A stretch of DNA of 64,000 bases from Macrostomum lignano. Its lineage: Eukaryota. The notes beneath the pieces were generated by a model. That model saw nothing but the letters and a program-made list of their open reading frames with translations, made no database searches and was not told the DNA's origin. Below, piece after piece: positions 55,020-64,000 of this stretch (position 1 is its first letter; every line of letters begins with the position of its first letter). The DNA is taken from positions 142,239 to 206,238 of the forward strand of contig NIVC01001896.1 of NCBI GenBank assembly GCA_002269645.1. Reading direction: 5' to 3'. A program made the translations under genes and the position numbers.

Positions 55020-55591
55020 TTGCTGCTAAAGCCCCTGGTGCTAAAGCCCCTGGTGCTAAAGCCCCTTGGTGCTAAAGCCCCTGGTGCTAAAGCCCCTGCT
55101 AAAGCCCCTGGTGCTAAAGCCCCTGGTGCTAAAGCCCCTGCTGCTAAAGCCCCTGGTGCTAAAGCCCCTGCTAAAGCCCCTGGTGCTAAAGCCCCTGGTG
55201 CTAAAGCCCCTGCTGCTAAAGCCCCTGGTGCTAAAGCCCCTGCTGCTAAAGCCCCTGCTGCTAAAGCCCCTGCTGCTAAAGCCCCTGCTGCTAAAGCCCC
55301 TGCTGCTAAAGCCCCTGCTGCTAAAGCCCCTGCTGCTAAAGCCCCTGGTGCTAAAGCCCCTGCTGCTAAAGCCCCTGCTGCTAAAGCCCCTGCTGCTAAA
55401 GCCCCTGCTGCTAAAGCCCCTGCTGCTAAAGCCCCTGCTGCTAAAGCCCCTGGTGCTAAAGCCCCTGCTGCTAAAGCCCCTGCTGCTAAAGCCCCTGCTG
55501 CTAAAGCCCCTGCTGCTAAAGCCCCTGCTGCTAAAGCCCCTGCTGCTAAAGCCCCTGCTGCTAAAGCCCCTGCTGCTAAAGCCCCTGGTGC
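55020..55591. repeat. 15-bp minisatellite (GCTAAAGCCCCTG(G/C)T)n
   Basis: About 38 units. Reverse complement of the 12266-12437 unit. Confidence 0.95.
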
Positions 55592-56086
55592 TCGCACTCT
55601 CTTTAAATGCATGAAACACGGAAGGCGCGGCCTTCAATACAAATTCCTAGCCATACCGCTAAAGAAGAGAATCTTTAAACGCCTTCTTTAAGACGTTTAG
55701 GCAAGTAAAAAAGAAGATCAGAGGGCGTATTAGTGGGAAGAAAGCCTAAATACTCTATTCTATAGGTATTCTCTACCTATTCTATAGGTAGATTATTCTT
55801 TAAGCCTTTTGAGATTAAAGGAAGATTTCGCATTTGAAGATAACAGGCGTGTATTCTCTGAGCAGCAATTACCTGCCAGTAGCTTACACTGTGGCTCTAA
55901 TCAATAATTGCAGCGCCATTCATAATTATCCCTTTTCTGTGATAACAGGCAGGTAGAAGTAATTGAGATTGGGCTGGCTCTAGTTGGTTTTTCACCTGTC
56001 ATCAGGTTCCAGTAGCTTCTGTCGTCTTCTAATTTTTTTATGTCGTTAGACCTTTTTTCCTGCATTGCGCTGGTACTGTCTTTATC

Positions 56087-56637
<551 letters not shown>

Positions 56638-56724
56638 CAAAAGATCAACCTGGCATGCTTATTACTAAATCTTCAGTAATTCATCTAAAGAGAGAATCAG
56701 TTACTTGATGCACTACTCAGAAAC

Positions 56725-56966
56725 CTGACTAGCAGTAGTACATAATGCATATTCGGCTACCATTGATCCAAGAGCCTGCGGCAAACTCACAGCAAGCAGC
56801 ACCTCGCGCAGCCGCTCCTTGGTCAGCATAGCTGCCACCAGCCTCGCGCTCCCGGCTGTCAGCGACCTGGCGACTTGACTGGCGTTCCCGGCTCCAGCCA
56901 GAAATGTTGAACAGGCGACCTTCTTGGCGGTGATTCTAGTGACGAAATCCTGCACCATTTGAGAGT
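56725..56966 (-). CDS. iGluR/ANF-receptor-like gene, exon 2
   Basis: Acceptor CCTCTTCCAG|AC (phase 1, matches exon 1), donor CAG|GTTTCT (phase 0, matches exon 3). Encodes DSQMVQDFVTRITAKKVACSTFLAGAGNASQVARSL... Confidence 0.6.
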
Positions 56967-57713
56967 CTGGAAGAGGTTCGTTGAAGCTTTAATTAAATTA
57001 TTCGGTTCGAAGTCGTAGGTAGCTGCAATGCTCGGACTGACAAGTTCCCAGATTACAGTGCACAGGAAGACAGGACGAAAGAGTGCGTCACCTTTTGCCA
57101 AGGGGCTTTTTGGGGACAACTCTGAGTACAGATGGGTCCGTGGACACGCTGACACAAGGTGCACAACACATTTTGGCTTTCTCATCTTCAGATATGCACA
57201 CAGGGAAAAATGATTGCGCAAAATTAGTACCTTGAGTCTCATCGTAGACCAGCGCAATTTCCGTGACTTTCTCATATCCAATTGCGGCAACAGCGGCGGC
57301 CACCTGATGCGAAATTGGCTCGCGTCCAACCGCAACGAAATCTGAATTCGAATAGAAATCCCGTGTCAGTGTCAGTGAAATCCGAGTAAGTTTAGAAGAA
57401 ATGAATAATTAACACTCACTCGAATCGATAGCGACATCGCACAATCCAACTGGTACAACGACGGTCGGCACGCCCAGCGACTTGCCAAGATCGCGAGCGC
57501 AAACAGCCAGTTCGCAGCTGCCTACGGCTAGGAGTGCGCTGACATTGTGCCATGTGCAAACTGTGTAATTAATGAAGGTTAAGAAGATTGGCTGTCAGCT
57601 TAGTTGCTACGAGCGTATGATACCTCAAAATTCATTAAAAACGCTGTGAATACTTGCTGCCTATAGTATACGCCTTAGACTTTGAGATTTTAAGACCTTA
57701 GGATAATTGGTCC

Positions 57714-57990
57714 TTGTGACCTTGAATCATGCGCTAGATGCATACTTGTTGTCTTGTGACAACTGGGGTTGCGACCCTGAGTCACGTGGTAGATGTATGC
57801 TTGTTGCCTTGTGACAATTGGTCTTGTGACCTTGAATCATGCGCTAGATGCGTGCTTGTTGCCTTTTGACAGTTGGGGTTGCGACCTTGAGTCACGCGGT
57901 AGATTCATGCTTGTTGCCTTGTAACAGTTGGGGTTGCGACCTTGAGTCACAGTAGATGCATGCTTGTTGCCTTGTGAAAATTAACCTTGA
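57714..57990. repeat. Degenerate ~55-bp tandem repeat with alternating A/B variants
   Basis: GACCTTGAATCATGCGCTAGATGC... alternating with GACCCTGAGTCACGTGGTAGATG... Confidence 0.75.
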
Positions 57991-58205
57991 GACTTTGAAT
58001 CACTCATTATACGAGAGCGGGTTTTACACTGTTAAACTGTTTAACTGTGACCTTTGAACCCCGCACTCGACGCATGTCTGTTCAGATGATGTGTTGCTAG
58101 TCTGCTGGCCTTTGAAACTTGAAAGTCGTGACCCGGGATAAGCTACATCTACATTGCGAGTACATTAGGATTCCATGGCCGCAAAAAATTAAAACTGGTT
58201 CTCAC

Positions 58206-58467
58206 CCTTCTGAACAGCTTGAACGGTTTTACCAGCCGGCACAGCGGCAATCTCCAATACCATCCGGCGATTGGAACCGGCGGAAAAGTACATCCAATCG
58301 TCGTTAACAATCCGACTGACCGTTTTGTTAATCAGGTCGGCCGAAACAGACGAGCCGTCTTCTAGCAGAACGCCAAGCCGGAAATCCATGCCGTGGGCTG
58401 GGCCTGGGACAGCCGACAGAGCAGCCAGCAGTAGGCAGAGATCTAACATTCGCCAGAACACTGACAT
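58206..58467 (-). CDS. iGluR/ANF-receptor-like gene, exon 1 (signal peptide)
   Basis: MSVFWRMLDLCLLLAALSAVPGPAHG (signal peptide-like), then MDFRLGVLL (first beta strand typical of LIVBP/ANF domains). Donor AAG G|GTGAGA (phase 1). Confidence 0.65.
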
Positions 58468-58944
58468 GTTTCTCTATCGTTGTAAAAGCAAAAAACCTCA
58501 AATGTCTCAAAGATCTGCTTTTGTAGCCAGCTTTTATATCTGTCATACGGATCGTTATTGCCAATTATCTGCGTTGGGAAACATTCAGGCCGGCTTCAGG
58601 TAATCCGAGAGCAATTTCTCTCCTGTAATTAACTGCCCGGATCATTAGGACTCAAGCATAACTTGTTGGATAGCAACTAAAATGATGTAAGAAACTCGAG
58701 GCAAAATATCGATTTTGGATTTCCTTGTTGGTGCTAATGAGACGCAGAATTCGTCACCCGAATCCCAAGATTAGCGGTCTTTATCGACGCGTACCCACTG
58801 GAAATATTAGAAGCCTCTTCATCAATAGGTGGTGCGCTTTTATTATGAATTTCTAACAGCACAAAATCACCTTTTGATAATGTCAATGCATCATAGATCG
58901 ACCCCGTATTCAGATGATGTATGCCCTCACTGAAGCCTCTGCGG

Positions 58945-59750
58945 CTGACATGACGCCTCGGTTCTGACACGACGCTTCAGTTCTGACACTGTGCCTCGGT
59001 TCTGACATGTTGCCTTGGTTCTGACACGACGCTTCAGTTCTGACATTGTGCCTCGGTTCTGACATGTTGCCTTGGTTCTGACACGACGCTTCAGTTCTGA
59101 CATTGTGCCTCAGTTCTGACATGAAGCTTCAGTTCTGACATGACGCTTCAGTTCTGACATGAAGCTTCAGGTCTGCCATGATGCTTCAGTTCTGACATGA
59201 TTTTCGGGTCTGACATGATGCTTCAGGTCTGCCATGATGCTTCAGGTCTGCCATGATGCTTCGGGTCTGACATGACGCTTCGGGTCTGACATGATGCTTC
59301 GGGTCTGACATGATGCTTCGGGTCTGACATGATGCTTCGGGTCTGACATGATGCTTCGGGTCTGACATGATGCTTCGGGTCTGACATGATGCTTCGGGTC
59401 TGACATGATGCTTCAGTTCTGACATGATGTTTCGGGTCTGCCATGATGCTTCGGGTCTGACATGATGCTACAGTTCTGAAATTGTGTCTTAGTTCCGACA
59501 TGATGCTTCAGTTCTGACATTGTGCCTCGGTTCTGACATATGACGCCTCCGTTCTGACATATGACGCCTCGGTTCTGACATGACGCCTCGGTTCTGACAT
59601 ATGACGCCTCGGTTCTGACATGACGCCTCGGTTCTGACATATGACGCCTCGGTTCTGACATGACGCCTCGGTTCTGACATGACGCCTCGGTTCTGACATG
59701 ACGCCTCGGTTCTGACATGTGACTCCTCGGTTCTGACATATGACGCCTCA
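58945..59750. repeat. ~19-bp minisatellite family (TGACATGA(C/T)GC(C/T)TCGG(T/G)TC)n
   Basis: Directly visible, several sub-variants. Confidence 0.92.
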
Positions 59751-60314
59751 GGCCTTCAACTACTTAACTAACCAGTTAGTGGTAAAATCCTGTTTTTAAA
59801 GTAAAAAACAACAACAAATTCCGTTTCTGATTCAATAAAATTAAAGCAGGTTTAAGATGAATAAATATTTTATACTTTTAGCAGGATCATTTACTTGTGT
59901 AGCACAAAAACATACTAATTACGATATTAGCTAGTTACAGTGCTTACTAACTACTATTATAATATTTAAAAACAGGAATATTCAGAAATGAACAGGTAAG
60001 TACCGACAAAGAGCAATTAAAAAATGTAATAGTGTGCTTTAATAAGTCGATTTTATGACCAAAACTAAGTATGATTTTTAATAAATAATAGAGACAAGTT
60101 ATATGGGTACGACTTATAGCAACTGAGAGCCAAAGATGAACGGTCAAAGACGGTTTAATAGCATGTTTTTGTAAGAAGTCCAGCAATTTGCTTTTCCAAC
60201 TAGGCAACTAGGTGAATTGTTTCTAGATGCAAATGCAGCTTATAGCCCATGAACTAATTGTGTTAAGATTCATGGCTAATATGCTGTAGATTAGCTAATG
60301 GTTTATACTTGTAG

Positions 60315-60540
60315 ATATGTGACTAATAGGCCATAGACTAATGTTTTGTAGATGTGTGACTAATAGGCCATAGACTAATGTTTTGTAGATGTGTAACTAG
60401 TAGGCCATAGACTAATGTTTTTTATGTGTGACTAATAGGCCATAGACTAATGTTTTGTAGATGTGTAACTAGTAGGCCATAGACTAATGTTTTGTAGATG
60501 TGTGACTAATCGCCCATAGACTAATGGTTTCTAGATGTAT
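60315..60540. repeat. 37-bp minisatellite (AGGCCATAGACTAATGTTTTGTAGATGTGTGACTAAT)n
   Basis: About 6 units. Confidence 0.88.
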
Positions 60541-60729
60541 GGCTAGCTAATACCCAATAGAATATAGAGGCTATCAAAGATGCAGCAATTAGCCAACATA
60601 CAGATAAAACACGTAGGCTATTATAGGCTTTGTTGGAAATTTGAAAAACAATAAAACTTTTTTCAATTTTATGACAACAACCGTTTAGTACTATGAATAG
60701 TTAGTCATAAACAGAATGTTAAAGCTGCG

Positions 60730-60998
60730 TCACTGCTGCGGACCATAGTAGCCGCCTTCGGTTCGCCAGTCAGGCGCTCCGGTCCCACTGGTACCTACTG
60801 TCGAGTTTTGATGGTGCGACTGCTGCTGCTGAGGCTGGTTGTTGCTGGTGCCTCCGCTGCCCCTGCCACCCCTGCCACCAGTGAAGACGGTCAGAATGAG
60901 AAATGCTCCGGAAATCAGGGCGCACAGGAGCGACCAGCCGAGCTTGTCTGAGTGGGTCACGGTTCGAGCAATGCTGGCCGCGATCAGGCCGCTGATGC
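60730..60998 (-). CDS. Tetraspan (claudin/PMP22-like) membrane protein, exon 2
   Basis: Acceptor TTTCCCCACCAG|GC (phase 1). Encodes GISGLIAASIA...KLGWSLLCALISGAFLILTVFT (TM3 end, TM4 with a GWS motif) and a low-complexity tail to TGA. Confidence 0.75.
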
Positions 60999-61064
60999 CT
61001 GGTGGGGAAAGTGAGTTTCGGGAAGTGGCTTGGCAGTTTGGGCTTTGGCGGAGAGTGACGCAAT

Positions 61065-62035
61065 GGCTGAGGCGGAGAGTGATACAGTGGGTGAGGTGGA
61101 GAGTGACACAGTGGGTGAGGCGGAGAGTGACGCAATGGCTGAGGCGGAGAGTGATACAGTGGGTGAGGTGGAGAGTGACACAGTGGGTGAGGCGGAGAGT
61201 GACACAATGAACAAGGCGGAGAGTGACACAGTGGGTGAGGCGGAGAGTGACACAGTGGGTGAGGCGGAGAGTGACACAGTGGGTGAGGCGGAGAGTGACA
61301 CAGTGGGTGAGGCGGAGAGTGACACAATGAATAAGGCGGAGAGTGACACAGTGGGTGAGGCGGAGATTGACACAGTGGGTGAGGCGGAGAGTGACACAGT
61401 GGGTGAGGCGGAGAGTGACACAATGAATAAGGCGGAGAGTGACACAGTGGGTGAGGCGGAGAGTGACAGTGGGTGAGGAGGAGAGTGACACAGTGGGTGA
61501 GGCGGAGAGTGACACAATGAATAAGGCGGAGAGTGACACACTGGGTGAGGCGGAGAGTGACACAGTGGGTGAGGCGGAGAGTGACACAGTGGGTGAGGCG
61601 GAGAGTGACACAGTGGGTGAGGCGGAGAGTGACACAATGAATAAGGCGGAGAGTGACACAGTGGGTGAGGCGGAGAGTGACACAATGAATAAGGCGGAGA
61701 GTGACACAGTGGGTGAGGCGGAGAGTGACACAGTGGGTGAGGCGGAGAGTGACACAGTGGGTGAGGCGGAGAGTGACACAATGAATAAGGCGGAGAGTGA
61801 CACAGTGGGTGAGGCGGAGAGTGACACAGTGGGTGAGGCGGATAGTGACACAATGGGTGAGGCGGAGAGTGACACAGTGGGTGAGGCGGAGAGTGACACA
61901 GTGGGTGAGGCGGAGAGTGACACAGTGGGTGAGGCGGAGAGTGACACAATGAATAAGGCGGAGAGTAACACAGTGGGTGAGGCGGAGAGTGACACAGTGG
62001 GTGAGGCGGAGAGTGAAACAGGGGGTGAGGCGGCC
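61065..62035. repeat. 24-bp minisatellite (GAGTGACACAGTGGGTGAGGCGGA)n filling the intron
   Basis: About 40 units. Confidence 0.96.
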
Positions 62036-62049
62036 GGCCCAGCCCTCAC

Positions 62050-62305
62050 CTGCCAATATCATGCAGCCGGCATCCACAAGCAGCACAATATTATTGCCCT
62101 CGAAAATGTCGAGAAAGGTGCAGGCAAACGTGAACGCCAGTCCAATAAAGTAAGTTATTAAACCGATAATTAAAAAGGCGGTCTTCGCGTCATTCTGTTG
62201 AGCGTCGAGCAGGAAGACGTCGTTAGCCGACAGCCAGACAATGAAGCCGATTGAAGACAGAATGAAGGCCAACCGAAGCCACAGCGGCCGTTCGTGGAAG
62301 ATCAT
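62050..62305 (-). CDS. Tetraspan (claudin/PMP22-like) membrane protein, exon 1
   Basis: ATG at 62305 with an in-frame stop upstream. Hydrophobic segments LRLAFILSSIGFIVWLSA, AFLIIGLITYFIGLAFTFACTFL and IVLLVDAGCMILA. Donor GCA G|GTGAGG. The spliced product is 174 aa with 4 predicted TMs. The family call rests on topology only. Confidence 0.75.
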
Positions 62306-62811
62306 TTGAGGGCCCGATCAGAGTGCCAGCTTTAGCCAACGGAGACGCGCTAGGAGAGTGCGTTTTCGCTCTCGCTGTTTTGGGATTTTAGACAGCCGGA
62401 TTGCTGTTGACACAGCCTTGGAGGAGGGCCGCAGCAACTCTTCCTGCCTGCTCGGTGGAAAATTGCTCCATTGGACGAGGGCAGGTGTACTTGGCAGAAC
62501 ACTTGGGAAGGAAGGTGGCTGGCCACCGGGCGACCACCTCAATTCTGACGCGTGCCGTACTTCCTTCTGAGCTAAACCTGCCCTCTACCTCCCCAGTCCT
62601 GTGTCCGTGCCCCTCTAGCTTAGGGGGATTATAGTTAGACACGAGCCCCGCCCTAAGCTGCCCACCCCAGACCATCTGCCAGGTACTGTACGTGCCAGCA
62701 AAACCCAATTCTGTACTCCGATCTGCTGCAAAGATAGCCGCGTTGCACTCGGGTGAAGAAATCAATTCCAATTGTTCATTGCTAAAAACGAGTTCACGCT
62801 TTTTTGGACTC

Positions 62812-64000
<1,189 letters not shown>

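Overview
Eukaryotic (metazoan) genomic DNA made of GC-rich spliced exons in a matrix of microsatellites and minisatellites, with one assembly gap (42196-42794). The style is reminiscent of Macrostomum-type flatworm assemblies; this is an inference and was not tested. Four host genes lie on the minus strand: an ankyrin-repeat protein (large exon 10401-8633), a three-exon FoxC-class forkhead gene (25390-20586), a four-exon receptor with signal peptide and an iGluR/ANF-receptor-like amino-terminal domain (58467-43260, with no membrane exons found), and a two-exon claudin/PMP22-like tetraspan protein (62305-60730). The most interesting region is intron 3 of the receptor gene. There a (TATC)n microsatellite contains a 5'-truncated but uninterrupted Penelope-like element (RT, Cys linker, GIY-YIG; Neptune-like) with a minimal hammerhead ribozyme in its 3' UTR. 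The same microsatellite also contains 16.35 near-identical head-to-tail copies of a 273-bp unit. By hand folding, this unit forms a rod-like RNA that pairs across the unit junction, shares a 3'-terminal motif with the PLE and ends in TATC like the PLE. It is a candidate PLE-mobilised small circular RNA (retrozyme/viroid-like) with no recognisable ribozyme. The huge LSIY, SVCL and similar ORFs in the ORF track are repeat artefacts. All folds and alignments were done by eye.
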